From Clostridia bacterium (lineage in GTDB: Bacteria; Bacillota; Clostridia; TANB77; CAG-508), in contig JAFXMI010000035.1 in assembly GCA_017530505.1 (NCBI GenBank), positions 35,383 to 99,382 of the forward strand: a stretch of DNA of 64,000 nt, written 5' to 3'. Positions within the stretch are counted from its first letter, which is position 1; the number at the start of each line of letters is the position of its first letter. The translations under genes and the position numbers were made by a program. The notes under the pieces are model-generated. The model was not told the DNA's origin. It made no database searches and was given only the letters and a program-made list of their open reading frames with translations. Positions 20,364 through 30,183 of the stretch are shown piece by piece.

Positions 20364-21252
20364 TGGAATTACATATTTAATTTCAGAAGGTTTTAGTAAT
20401 GTTTTTAAAAATAAAAAAGGTACGACAACATCGTTAATTACAATGATTTGTACAATGTTTATGTTTGGAGTTACTTTTGCCATTGGTCAAAATGTAAATT
20501 ATATAATGGAACAAGTTAAGCAACAACAAGGTATAGAGGTATTTATTTTAAATGATGCTACAGATGAAGATGTTAATATACTTGGAGAAAAGATAAAAAA
20601 ATTAGATGGGGTAAGTACAGCTACTTATAAAAGCAAGCAAGAAGCCTTAGATTCTGTAAAAGAGTCTTTTAAAGATTATCCAGAAGCAATTGCTGGTTAT
20701 GAAAATGATTATATTTTTCCAGCATCATATATTGTAAAATTAACAGATTTAAATAAGGCAGAGGAAGTTGAAAATGCTATAGAAGAAATGGAAAGCGTAA
20801 AAAATATAAGAAGTAGCAATGATACTATAAATACTTTAATAAAAATTGCAAATGGAATTAGAATAGCAATTGCTGTTGTTTTTGTTGGTTTACTAATAAT
20901 AGCAATAACAATTATTTCAAATGCAATAAAATTATCTGTTCATAATAGAAGAAAAGAAATTTCAATTATGAAATATGTAGGTGCAACAAATAGTTTTATT
21001 AGAGGACCATTTTTAGTAGAAGGTGTAATAATAGGTATTTTTGCTGCTTTTGTAACTGTTATTTTAATTACTTTTACGTATGATGCAGTTGCTACGCAAA
21101 TTGTGACTTCTCAAGTATTACAGGTAATGAATGTAACTTTATTGCAATATTCTGAAATCTTAAAACTAATTATTATAGTTTATGTGGTTTTAGGTGTTGG
21201 TATTGGAATGATAGGTAGCGGTCTATCAATGAGAAAGTATTTGGAGGTATAG
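20353..21252 (+). CDS. ftsX: FtsX permease
   Basis: GTG start overlapping the ftsE end; extracellular domain plus 4 TM helices. Confidence 0.8.
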   Translation: MRYNGITYLISEGFSNVFKNKKGTTTSLITMICTMFMFGVTFAIGQNVNYIMEQVKQQQGIEVFILNDATDEDVNILGEKIKKLDGVSTATYKSKQEALDSVKESFKDYPEAIAGYENDYIFPASYIVKLTDLNKAEEVENAIEEMESVKNIRSSNDTINTLIKIANGIRIAIAVVFVGLLIIAITIISNAIKLSVHNRRKEISIMKYVGATNSFIRGPFLVEGVIIGIFAAFVTVILITFTYDAVATQIVTSQVLQVMNVTLLQYSEILKLIIIVYVVLGVGIGMIGSGLSMRKYLEV

Positions 21253-21260
21253 CAAAATAA

Positions 21261-22595
21261 ATGAAAACAATTATTAAAATTAATTTAATTACGCTTTTAA
21301 TTTTAGTAATATTTTGTTTAAATTGTATATCTGTTTTTTCAGCAGAGGAAATTGAATTTGAAACAGAAAATTCTGAAGGAGAATATATTAAAGATTCATT
21401 TTCAGAGGTAAAAAATGATGAAGAAAATAAGAGTAATGAAGAAACTGAGCTAGATTCATTAAAAAATCAAAAAAACAATCTAGATAATACATTATCTAAC
21501 ACATATATGCAACTTAGTATAGTTCAAAGTCAGCTATCAGAATCATTATATGAAATAGAGCAATTAGATCTTCAAATAATCCAAAAAAACGAAGAAATAG
21601 AAGAGTTAGAAAGAGAAGAAAAAAAGGTTTTAGCTTCAATAGAGGTTGCTCAAAAAACTTTAGCCGAAGCTCAAGAAAAATATGAAATACAAAAAAAACA
21701 ATTAGATGAAAGATTAGTTGCAACTTATGAAATGGGACCTACTACATATTTAGACATGTTATTAAAATCTAAAAATTTAAGTGATTTCTTATCTAATTAT
21801 TATAGAATATCTGAAATTGCCAAAGTAGATCAAAACTTAATAGAATCTTTTTGTGAAGTATCAAAAAAAATTAAAGAAATAAAAACAACATTAAATACTA
21901 ACAAAAAAATACTTGAGCAATCAAGGATTGCAAACGAAGAATTAAAAATTGTTTTAGAAAATTTAAAAATTGTTCAAAATGGGAAAGTAGATAGCTTAAA
22001 TACTGAAGATAGAGCTATTCACGAAAAAATTGAAGCATATCAATCGGAATTAGAAGCTATTGAATCTGAAATTAGACTTTTATCATTATCTTATGTTGGA
22101 GCAGAATATGTTGGCGGTGTTATGGCTTGGCCTGTACCAGGTTATACTAGAATAACTTCTAAATATGGAATGAGGACACATCCAATTACAGGAATTTATA
22201 AACTACATACAGGAACAGATATTGGAGCACCAACAGGAGCAGATTTTGTTGCAGCAAATGATGGAATTGTTATTAAGGCTTGCTATAATGGAGCTTATGG
22301 AAATATGGTTATTTTAGATCATGGTGGTGGAATACAAACATTATATGCACATGGCTCAGAAATTTTAGTAGAAGAAGGTCAAATTATTACAGCAGGTACA
22401 CCAGTATTAAAAGTTGGATCAACAGGATATTCTACAGGAGCTCATGCACATTTTGAAGTTAGAATTAATGGTAATCCAGTAGAGCCGTTAGACTATATTA
22501 CTTCTTATGTTACAAAAGTTGATGAAGAGAATTCGGACAATAATCATGATAATATTGAGATTTTAAATATGGAGGAAAAATCGGAAAATGAATAA
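21261..22595 (+). CDS. Coiled-coil M23 (LytM) metallopeptidase, EnvC/PcsB-like
   Basis: Signal peptide, long coiled coil, HTGTDIGAPTGADFVAANDG...GAHAHFEV. Confidence 0.8.
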   Translation: MKTIIKINLITLLILVIFCLNCISVFSAEEIEFETENSEGEYIKDSFSEVKNDEENKSNEETELDSLKNQKNNLDNTLSNTYMQLSIVQSQLSESLYEIEQLDLQIIQKNEEIEELEREEKKVLASIEVAQKTLAEAQEKYEIQKKQLDERLVATYEMGPTTYLDMLLKSKNLSDFLSNYYRISEIAKVDQNLIESFCEVSKKIKEIKTTLNTNKKILEQSRIANEELKIVLENLKIVQNGKVDSLNTEDRAIHEKIEAYQSELEAIESEIRLLSLSYVGAEYVGGVMAWPVPGYTRITSKYGMRTHPITGIYKLHTGTDIGAPTGADFVAANDGIVIKACYNGAYGNMVILDHGGGIQTLYAHGSEILVEEGQIITAGTPVLKVGSTGYSTGAHAHFEVRINGNPVEPLDYITSYVTKVDEENSDNNHDNIEILNMEEKSENE

Positions 22596-23757
22596 TAATA
22601 TTATTTTAAAAAATACATATATTGTTATTATATTATTAATTATTTTTATATTTCCTATTTCAATTTATGCAACTTCAAGAAGTGAGTTAGAAAATCAATC
22701 TCAAGAACTTGACAAAAAAATTCAAGAAACACATACCGAAATTCAGGGAGTAAAATCTCAAATGTCAAAAGAGCTTACTCAGATTAACAGATTGAATATT
22801 CAAATTACTGAATATCAAAGTGAAGTTGAGGATTTAGAAAATAAAATAACAGGATTAGAGTCTGAAATTTCTGAAAAAAATTCATTTATTGCTCAAAAAG
22901 AAGCTGATTTTGCTGAAAAGAAAGCTATATTAGAAAAAAGACTTGTTGCAATTTATGAAGCAGGTAATACTTCCTATTTAGATATGCTTTTGAGCTCGAA
23001 AGGATTATCAGATTTTATTTCTAAATATTATTTAATTACAGAACTTACAAATTGTGATAATGAATTATTATCTTCAATAGAAGAAGAAAGAGCAGTAATT
23101 GCTTTAGAAAGAGATGAATTAAATTCAAAAAAAGATCAGGTTGAACAAGCTAAAAATACTGCTGAAAGGAAAAAGAATACACTAAATTTAACAATAAGTG
23201 AAAAAAATGTAATGGTATCTAGTTTATCTGCAGAAGAGAAAGAATTAGAAGCACAATTAGAAGAATTGGAAGAAGATAAAAGGGCAATTACTAGAGAACT
23301 TTCAAAATATGCTTCAAGTGGTGGTAGTATAACACCTGTTGCACCAAGTGCTGCAGGATATATAAGCCCACTTGCAGGAAAAACAAAAGCAAATATTACA
23401 ACAGGATTTTATGGATATAAAGGTCATACAGGAGCAGATTTCGCTTGTAGTAGTGGAACACCAGTACTAGCTGTAAAAGCTGGAACAGTAATAACATCTA
23501 CAGCTCTTCGTAGGTCTAATGGATCATATAGAAGTTATGGTGAATATGTAGCAATAAATCATCATGATGGAACAATTACATTATATGCTCACATGTTATC
23601 TGGTTCAAGAACTGTAAATCAAGGTGATGTTGTTGTTCAAGGACAACAAATAGGTCAGGTTGGTTCAACTGGAAATTCAACAGGACCTCATTTACATTTT
23701 GAAGTTAGAGTTGGAACCAATGCAACAGCTGTTAATCCATCTCAATACTTACCATAG
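22588..23757 (+). CDS. Second coiled-coil M23 metallopeptidase
   Basis: HTGADFACSSGTPVLAVKAG...GPHLHFEVR. Confidence 0.8.
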   Translation: MNNNIILKNTYIVIILLIIFIFPISIYATSRSELENQSQELDKKIQETHTEIQGVKSQMSKELTQINRLNIQITEYQSEVEDLENKITGLESEISEKNSFIAQKEADFAEKKAILEKRLVAIYEAGNTSYLDMLLSSKGLSDFISKYYLITELTNCDNELLSSIEEERAVIALERDELNSKKDQVEQAKNTAERKKNTLNLTISEKNVMVSSLSAEEKELEAQLEELEEDKRAITRELSKYASSGGSITPVAPSAAGYISPLAGKTKANITTGFYGYKGHTGADFACSSGTPVLAVKAGTVITSTALRRSNGSYRSYGEYVAINHHDGTITLYAHMLSGSRTVNQGDVVVQGQQIGQVGSTGNSTGPHLHFEVRVGTNATAVNPSQYLP

Positions 23758-23838
23758 TTTTAATATAATATGAGAATATTAGACATATTAAAACATAACT
23801 TTTTAATATAATTTATTTTAATAAATGGAGGATACAAA

Positions 23839-25056
23839 ATGGATTCATACGAAAAAAAGCAATTACAATATAAATATATTCTTATAACGGTAATACTAGT
23901 TTGTTTAGTAGCAATAATATCTTCTACTGTAACATATCATTATTATTTTGATAATAACAGTTTAAAAAAATATACTGTTGAATCAAATTCTACATCAGAT
24001 GAAACAATAGATGCAATTTCTAATACGCTAAAGGGATTTAGAAAGATTATTGACAGTAATTTTAAAGGGAAAATAGATGAAGCTAAACTTCTTGATGGAG
24101 CTATTAAAGGTTATGTTAATGGATTAGATGATAAATATTCTGAATATATGACAGCAGAAGAATGGGAAGAGTTTCAAACAATTGCTCTTGGAGATTTTGA
24201 AGGAATTGGAATATATGTAAGCTTAGACAAAAACAATAATGTTGTAATTTTATCTACTATAAAAGAATCTCCAGCAGAAGCTATAGGACTTAAAGAAAAA
24301 GATGTTATAGTAGAGGTAGATGGAGAAAATGTACTTGGAGTTAAAGATGCTTCAGAAGTAACTTCAAAAATTAAAGGACCATCAGGTACAAAAGTTCATT
24401 TAAAAATTGCTAGGGGAGATGAATATTTAGAATTTGATGTTAATAGAGATGTAGTAAAAATATATCATGTTGATTCAAAAATTATAGAAGATGATATTGG
24501 ATATATTTCATTATATACTTTTGATACAGATTGTTCAGTAGAAGTTGAGAAAGCAATAAAAGAATTAGAGAAAGAAGGCGCAAAAAAAATAATTTTAGAT
24601 TTAAGAAATAATACAGGTGGATTGGTTTCAGAGGCATATAAAATTTCAAATTTATTTATTCCAAAAGATAAAGATATATTAATTACAGAATATTCTAACG
24701 GAACAAAAGAAATAAGTAAAACAAAATCTAACAATATTTCAAACATGGAGCTTATACTTTTAGTTAATGAATATTCAGCTAGTGCATCTGAAATTTTAGC
24801 TGGTGCGTTAAAGGATAATAATAGAGCAAAAATTGTTGGAACTACTACTTATGGAAAAGGAATAATTCAACAAGTATTTTCACTTTTAGATGGTAGCGTA
24901 CTAAAACTTACTATTGCAGAATATTATACTCCAAATGGAACTAAAATACATGAAATTGGTTTAGAGCCAGATGTAAAAGTTGAATTACCTGATATTGAAG
25001 ATGAGAAGGATTTTGTTGATACACAACTTAATAAAGCAATAGAATTACTTAAATAG
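23839..25056 (+). CDS. ctpA: C-terminal processing protease (S41, PDZ domain), CtpA/CtpB-like
   Basis: N-terminal TM, PDZ region, S41 core (..LRNNTGGLVSEAY.. / ..VNEYSASASEILAGALKDN..). Confidence 0.85.
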   Translation: MDSYEKKQLQYKYILITVILVCLVAIISSTVTYHYYFDNNSLKKYTVESNSTSDETIDAISNTLKGFRKIIDSNFKGKIDEAKLLDGAIKGYVNGLDDKYSEYMTAEEWEEFQTIALGDFEGIGIYVSLDKNNNVVILSTIKESPAEAIGLKEKDVIVEVDGENVLGVKDASEVTSKIKGPSGTKVHLKIARGDEYLEFDVNRDVVKIYHVDSKIIEDDIGYISLYTFDTDCSVEVEKAIKELEKEGAKKIILDLRNNTGGLVSEAYKISNLFIPKDKDILITEYSNGTKEISKTKSNNISNMELILLVNEYSASASEILAGALKDNNRAKIVGTTTYGKGIIQQVFSLLDGSVLKLTIAEYYTPNGTKIHEIGLEPDVKVELPDIEDEKDFVDTQLNKAIELLK

Positions 25057-25251
25057 ACAAATAATAAAAAGTACCTATAATTGAATTATTTTTTATTACA
25101 ATTCAATTATAGGACTTTTGTTTTTAACAATTAATTAATTGTTAAAAATTTTAAAAATATCTGTAAATGATTTTTGAAAATATCTTGACAAACTTTAATA
25201 TAAATTGTATAATTTCTATTGTTGATAAAAATAATAATATACCAGTTTTAT

Positions 25252-25339
25252 GCAGATGTGGCGGAACTGGCAGACGCACAGGACTTAAAATCCTGCGGTT
25301 GAATAAACCGTACCGGTTCGATTCCGGTCATCTGCACCA
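25252..25339 (+). tRNA. tRNA-Leu (anticodon UAA) with long variable arm and encoded CCA; prophage attachment site
   Basis: GCAGATG...CATCTGC acceptor stem, anticodon loop CUUAAAA, extra arm CGGUUGAAUAAACCG, T-arm GGTTCGATTCC. Confidence 0.85.
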
Positions 25340-25470
25340 AAAAGTATTGTTTTATATAGTTTTATAAAAAATTATATAAAATTATAAATCCCCTAAAATG
25401 CCAGTTTTAAGGGGATTTTAATTTTTAAACTTTTATAAAAATTTATATAGAATTATAAAAAATTAGAAAA

Positions 25471-25662
25471 ATCACATTAAAATTACATTAAAAAGTATAT
25501 ATAATTACATTAAAAAGTTAGGAACACAATTTTCCTAACTTTTTTTTGAAATATTTTACAAAAATACGGCAGATGAGCGAATTAGTGAAGGCTACATTGA
25601 CTGATATAGCAATATAATTAGAATAAAATGATAATTTTTAATGTGATTTTAATGTAATTTTA
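25471..25662. repeat. Integrase arm-type site candidates: 11-mer ATYACATTAAA repeated 3x direct (25471-25514) and 2x inverted (about 25639-25660)
   Basis: atcacattaaa/attacattaaa units on both sides of the int 3' end and the terminator. Confidence 0.4.
25516..25548. terminator. Bidirectional hairpin terminator (AAGTTAGGA...TCCTAACTT plus T-run) after the integrase
   Basis: 9-bp stem, 8-nt loop, flanked by A-run and T-run. Confidence 0.45.
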
Positions 25663-27084
25663 TGCAACTAATAATAATTTTTTCATAGATGAGGAAAGTA
25701 ACTTATTTTCTTTATAATAATCGCGTAAACCATCTAATTTTTGTCTTTTGTATTTATCCAATATATGACCATAAGTTTGTTCGATTTGAAGCGTTGTAGT
25801 ATGGCCTAGTAAATTTGCAATTGTCATTAAATCCATTCCACTTTCAATACATCTAGTTGTAAAAGTATGTCTAGTCATGTGAATATGACATCCTTTTGGA
25901 AGCTCAAGTTTTACTCCAGCTTCGCGGCAAATTCTTTTGAAAATATCTGTTATTTGAGAATGATTAATATAACTACCATCTTTTTTACAAAAAAGTAGTT
26001 GTTCTTTATTATAAGGATTATTTTTGGCGATTTCGATTTGTTCTTTTATAATGGACTCGACTATTTTTTCTTCAAATACACCAAAAGGTATAAGGCGAAA
26101 GTCAGGTTTATTTTGCTTTCTTTTTTTCTTACCAGTTTTTGTAGCTGTTCCAATAATAATTTTTCTTTCCTTATTTTTAGTTAAAGTTCGTTCTATTTTA
26201 ATTTGTTTTAATTCTAAATTTATATGATCGTCTATATTAAGAGCACCCATTTCTCCAATTCTCATTCCTGTTAATAAACCAATAATAATTATATTTTTAA
26301 TAGTTTTGCTATCATAAGAATTCTTATTTGAGCGAATTAAATTGTTACTTGTGATATATTTCATCAAAGTAATTTGTTCATGTACTTCAAATGGTATGAC
26401 TTCTTGAACATCTAAATCACTAATAGGCATTCTTACTTTTAACATGGGGTTATCAGCATGTATAATTTCTTTATCAATTTCTGCAGTTTCATATGCAATT
26501 TTTATTAATGCTAAAATTTGTTTTATGCAACTTTGACTTAAATATACTTTTGAATCTATAAAGTCTTGTATATCGTCTTTCGTTAATTTTTGCATTGGAA
26601 TATCTCCAATATCACTATTTTCAATATGAACTAAATTGTCTAAATCTCGCTGATAAGTGTTTTCACCAATTATTTTTGAGGACAGTTTGCTATCTAAAAT
26701 TTTTAATATTTTTTGAGATAGAGTAATTCCATATTTTTTGACATATGCTTTTGTTTGTACTTTAGCTTCTGTTTCTTTTTTCTTTTGAACAGCATCTTTT
26801 CGTTTCTTTTCATTTGCAACGGTGGTTTGCTTTCCATTTATTGTTATTTGTGCTTGATTTCTATCATAACAATAAAATCTATCACAGTAATTCAAACATT
26901 CTGTTTTGCATTCCTCACATTTTTTACATTTATCATATCCAGTACGATTATTACAAGCAGTTCTGTCTTTACAATTTTTACATATTGAACATTCTTCAGG
27001 TAAGAATTTTTTTCTCTTTTGTTTAGCGATAGTATTATAAATACAACCCTCGCCATTAGTGTTTCTTGTTCCTTTTTTATTCAT
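25660..27084 (-). CDS. int: Tyrosine site-specific integrase with an unusual about 85-aa N-terminal Cys-rich (13 Cys) domain
   Basis: C-terminal HMTRHTFTTRCIESG...LLGHTTTLQIEQTYGHIL (R-H-R-Y). Start MNKKGTRN behind GGAGGA; N-terminus CIYNT..CSICKNCKDRTACNN..CKKCEECKTECLNYCDRFYC. Confidence 0.85.
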   Translation of the reverse strand: MNKKGTRNTNGEGCIYNTIAKQKRKKFLPEECSICKNCKDRTACNNRTGYDKCKKCEECKTECLNYCDRFYCYDRNQAQITINGKQTTVANEKKRKDAVQKKKETEAKVQTKAYVKKYGITLSQKILKILDSKLSSKIIGENTYQRDLDNLVHIENSDIGDIPMQKLTKDDIQDFIDSKVYLSQSCIKQILALIKIAYETAEIDKEIIHADNPMLKVRMPISDLDVQEVIPFEVHEQITLMKYITSNNLIRSNKNSYDSKTIKNIIIIGLLTGMRIGEMGALNIDDHINLELKQIKIERTLTKNKERKIIIGTATKTGKKKRKQNKPDFRLIPFGVFEEKIVESIIKEQIEIAKNNPYNKEQLLFCKKDGSYINHSQITDIFKRICREAGVKLELPKGCHIHMTRHTFTTRCIESGMDLMTIANLLGHTTTLQIEQTYGHILDKYKRQKLDGLRDYYKENKLLSSSMKKLLLVA

Positions 27085-27126
27085 GATAAAAAATCCTCCA
27101 TTTTTCAAAATATTTTATATAAACAC

Positions 27127-27242
27127 TTGAAAAGTGGAGGACATTTATATATAATACAAATGTAGTCACTTTTCAAAGTGATTGCGTCCTGGATAATGTG
27201 TGGTGTCCGCAAAAACAATACACATTATCCTTTTTATTTTTA
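27127..27242 (+). promoter_or_regulatory. Compact promoter plus hairpin/T-tract unit between int and the membrane-protein gene, with two CACTT-N4-AAGTG palindromes
   Basis: TTGAAA-17-TATAAT (27127-27155) on + strand; a mirrored TTGAAA-17-TATATA on the - strand could serve as Pint. Palindromes at about 27124-27136 and 27167-27180. Hairpin GGATAATGTGT/ACACATTATCC (27191-27230) plus T-run. Confidence 0.3.
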
Positions 27243-27884
27243 TTCATATATATCACAATTAAAAGTTAATCTTATGTTGTTTATAGTTTTATTCTTATAA
27301 TTAAATTTTATTTCAGGTATACTAGTATCTTTTATTATAATTGTTGATCCAGTATTTTGTTGGCTTGTTATATCAAATTTTTTTGCATTAAATAATGAAT
27401 ATATGGTGTTCTCAGACAAATCTTTAATAGTAAAATCTTTAAAAATCATAATTCTAACTAATTGATTTTCAAAAAAATCATATTGATAAGTATTAGAATT
27501 ATAATATAAAGAGGTAATTTGCATTGAAGAATACTGATTTTTTTCATAATTCCATGTATCTTCTGATTCTGGATTTCCAATTTTATCAATTAAAGATTCT
27601 TTACTTATTGTGTTTACACCATTTATATAAAATTCATTAACATCAATAATAGGTGTTATAGCATTAGTAGAAGTTTGTTTTGTATTATTATATGAATTGT
27701 TTGATGTTATTGCAGTAATCATTCCCATAAATATGAGGAATAGAAAACTAAAAAGAATATATTTTTTTAAATTTATTTTCTTTTTTCCCTTATTTTGTTT
27801 TTTTATTTTAGATAGAGAACTTCCACAATTAGGACAAAAATTTGCTTTTTCTTCAATTTCTTTACCACAATTTTTACAATACAT
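27240..27884 (-). CDS. Zinc-ribbon plus single-TM membrane protein (candidate superinfection-exclusion/lysogenic conversion gene)
   Basis: MYCKNCGKEI..CPNCG ribbon, K-rich linker, TM helix, about 150-aa extracellular domain; sits between int and the repressor. Confidence 0.5.
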   Translation of the reverse strand: MYCKNCGKEIEEKANFCPNCGSSLSKIKKQNKGKKKINLKKYILFSFLFLIFMGMITAITSNNSYNNTKQTSTNAITPIIDVNEFYINGVNTISKESLIDKIGNPESEDTWNYEKNQYSSMQITSLYYNSNTYQYDFFENQLVRIMIFKDFTIKDLSENTIYSLFNAKKFDITSQQNTGSTIIIKDTSIPEIKFNYKNKTINNIRLTFNCDIYE

Positions 27885-27886
27885 TA

Positions 27887-28714
27887 TTATACTCCTTTCT
27901 TTTTAAAAGCACTTTTATTTTCGGCTTTTATTACTTTACCTAGCACTTTTATTTTATTTAAGTCTGTGATTTTTAAGTCAATATTCTTATAATAACCATT
28001 CATAGCAGAGAGTATATAATATGTTTTATCTTCACTTAAATTAAATTTTCTAATAGTATTATGATTATCCATATTGATTAGTAGGGTAGCACCATCTTCT
28101 ATATAATCTTGTTTATATACTAGTGCTATGTCACCAATATCTAATAAAGGATACATGGCATCATCTTCAGAAGTAAATTCAAAATAATTTGTATTTGAGT
28201 TTAATACTGAATGACGCAAATTAACTAACTTATTAGAAATATTTTCATTTATTTTTATAAGATCATTGTATAAATCTACTATAGTTAAATTTTCATCAAA
28301 TGAAGAAGTCGATATTTGTTCAGCAAAATTATTAATTTGAGAAACAATATTAGCTTGTTTCTCATTTCGATTTATCAATATTTTTTTTAAATGTTCAAGA
28401 TCACTATTATCTAAATGATATTTATCTAATAAAAATAAATTATCGTCAAAAATTTTATTTGAAATAATTTGTTCTGAAGTATTAGAATTTAAATAACCAC
28501 AAATTCCCATTAGTTCATCGTAGTTGGTTATTCCTCTAGATGCATTAGCAATTTTTTCTAGAATTTTTGGAGTGGGAGGGGAAGGGATTTTCATATTGAT
28601 ATATTTTGATAAATAACTTCTTCCAACCTGAGCACTTGAGGCAAATGCTACTGTACTACCATATAAATCTACAATTTTAGATAAAATTATACTAAATTTT
28701 TTTTGTTCAAACAC
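27887..28714 (-). CDS. CI/LexA-like phage repressor (XRE HTH plus S24 peptidase domain)
   Basis: GTG start behind AAGGAGG. HTH ..GSTVAFASSAQVGRSYLSKYIN..; C-terminal ..YPLLDIGDIALV.. and KVLGKVIK (S24 Ser/Lys dyad region). The ORF-track N-extension to 29023 is spurious. Confidence 0.8.
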   Translation of the reverse strand: MFEQKKFSIILSKIVDLYGSTVAFASSAQVGRSYLSKYINMKIPSPPTPKILEKIANASRGITNYDELMGICGYLNSNTSEQIISNKIFDDNLFLLDKYHLDNSDLEHLKKILINRNEKQANIVSQINNFAEQISTSSFDENLTIVDLYNDLIKINENISNKLVNLRHSVLNSNTNYFEFTSEDDAMYPLLDIGDIALVYKQDYIEDGATLLINMDNHNTIRKFNLSEDKTYYILSAMNGYYKNIDLKITDLNKIKVLGKVIKAENKSAFKKKGV

Positions 28715-28747
28715 AATAAATACCTCCTTGCAAACTATTATAATACG

Positions 28748-28856
28748 GTGTGAAAAAAAAATCAACAAAAAATGTGAAAAAAAAATACAAAAAACTATTG
28801 ACAATGATTTACGATAAGTATATAATGCAAGTGTGAAAAAAAAGCACAGAAAGAAA
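28748..28856. promoter_or_regulatory. Immunity switch region: 3 copies of operator-like GTGTGAAAAAAAA plus rightward promoter PR
   Basis: Repeats at about 28748, 28773 and 28831 (a 4th at 29112). TTGACA-17 nt-TATAAT at 28798-28826; the third repeat overlaps +1. Confidence 0.55.
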
Positions 28857-28868
28857 GGAGTGATTATT

Positions 28869-29096
28869 GTGGCTGCACAAATGGAAGCAAAAGTAGGAAA
28901 AGTTAAAGAACTAATCAGAGAAAAATTCCATGATAATAATACATATTTTTCTAAAGAAATAGGAATAGGAAGAGAATATATAAGTGCAATTGTAAACGAA
29001 AGAATAAGTGCAGATAGCCCCAAATTTTGTAATGCACTTATAGTTTATTGTGAGAAAAATAACCTTGACTATAAAGAATATGTGCAAATATCATAA
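28869..29096 (+). CDS. Cro/XRE-like small HTH protein, first gene of the rightward early operon
   Basis: GTG start 8 nt after GGAGTG; ..FSKEIGIGREYISAIVNERISAD.. HTH. Confidence 0.6.
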   Translation: MAAQMEAKVGKVKELIREKFHDNNTYFSKEIGIGREYISAIVNERISADSPKFCNALIVYCEKNNLDYKEYVQIS

Positions 29097-29255
29097 TTTT
29101 TTTTAATATAAGTGTGAAAAAAAAGCACAGAAAGAAGGTGAGAATATGAATTTGTTTCAAGAATGTACAACAGATGAAATTATTGAAAAAATTAAAAATG
29201 CGGACACCACACAAAAAGGAGGAAGAAATAATTGAAAAGAAAAAAAACAGCTACG

Positions 29256-29552
29256 ATGACTTGGGAAAATGCACCTGATACGATTGGAGTTGAAGAACTA
29301 ATGGAAATATTAGGTGTTGGAAAAAATTATGCAAGTAATATTTTTAATAGTAGAGGATTTCCAAAAATTGAACAAATTGGAACTTCACTAAAAGCAGATA
29401 AGGAAGCGGCAAGATTATTTTTACAGGGATTTAAAATTAAAGAAAATCCCAAAAATGCAATGGAATATATGATTTTACTAGAATTAAAAAAATTAAATAA
29501 ACAAATGGAAGGAGTTAAAACAAATGAAAAATTTGAAATTACTAATGATTAA
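29256..29552 (+). CDS. HTH DNA-binding protein (excisionase/regulator-like)
   Basis: MTWENAPDTIGVEELMEILGVGKNYASNIFN. Confidence 0.45.
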   Translation: MTWENAPDTIGVEELMEILGVGKNYASNIFNSRGFPKIEQIGTSLKADKEAARLFLQGFKIKENPKNAMEYMILLELKKLNKQMEGVKTNEKFEITND

Positions 29553-30183
29553 TCTGGTCCTCATTATGTTATTTAATTCACTGCCGAATATGAAAATTGA
29601 ATTAAAAGAAGATATGGTCCCGACATCAATGTCGGTAGATAAACAAATAACAAGTAGAAGTGGGAAATTAAGAATTGAACAGCTTGATACATATGTGAAC
29701 TGTACTGAACAGTTAGAAGTACAAACTACGACAGAAATGTCGGAGCTTGCAACAACATATTCTGAAAATTGTATTAACTTAATTAAAAAATATGAAGGTT
29801 TTAGGGAAAATGCTTATAAGTTAGAAGGCGAAAAAAACTGGACAATAGGATATGGACATTCTGGAACAGATGTAAAAGAAGGACAAACTATAACGGAAGA
29901 AGCAGCAGAAAGACTTTTAATTGCAGATGTTCAAGGAGCTTGCGATTATATTTTAACAAAAGTCGAGCATTTACAATTAACCCAAAATGAATTAGATGCA
30001 TTAGTTAGTTTTACATATAACTGCGGAATAGGAAACTTTAATAAATTAACAAAAGATAGAAACAAAGAAGAAATAGTAGAACATATTGAGGCTTATAACA
30101 ATGGTGGTATGAAAGGTTTAGTAAAAAGAAGAACAGAAGAAAAAGAATTATTTTTAGGAGGAACAAAAAATGAAGAAATATAA
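29524..30183 (+). CDS. GH24 (T4/lambda-type) lysozyme with N-terminal signal/anchor sequence
   Basis: ..LIKKYEGFRENAYKLEGEKNWTIGYGHSG..; N-terminal MKNLKLLMINLVLIMLF. Confidence 0.8.
   Translation: MKNLKLLMINLVLIMLFNSLPNMKIELKEDMVPTSMSVDKQITSRSGKLRIEQLDTYVNCTEQLEVQTTTEMSELATTYSENCINLIKKYEGFRENAYKLEGEKNWTIGYGHSGTDVKEGQTITEEAAERLLIADVQGACDYILTKVEHLQLTQNELDALVSFTYNCGIGNFNKLTKDRNKEEIVEHIEAYNNGGMKGLVKRRTEEKELFLGGTKNEEI

Noticed and set aside
25167-25367. 66-aa + strand ORF
   Set aside because: It overlaps tRNA-Leu entirely (its in-frame CGG codons are tRNA sequence), so it is not a gene.
28715-29023. N-terminal 103-aa extension of the repressor ORF (MGLSALILSF...)
   Set aside because: The hydrophobic extension runs through the operator/promoter region. 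The real start is the GTG at 28714 behind AAGGAGG, giving a standard HTH-S24 repressor.
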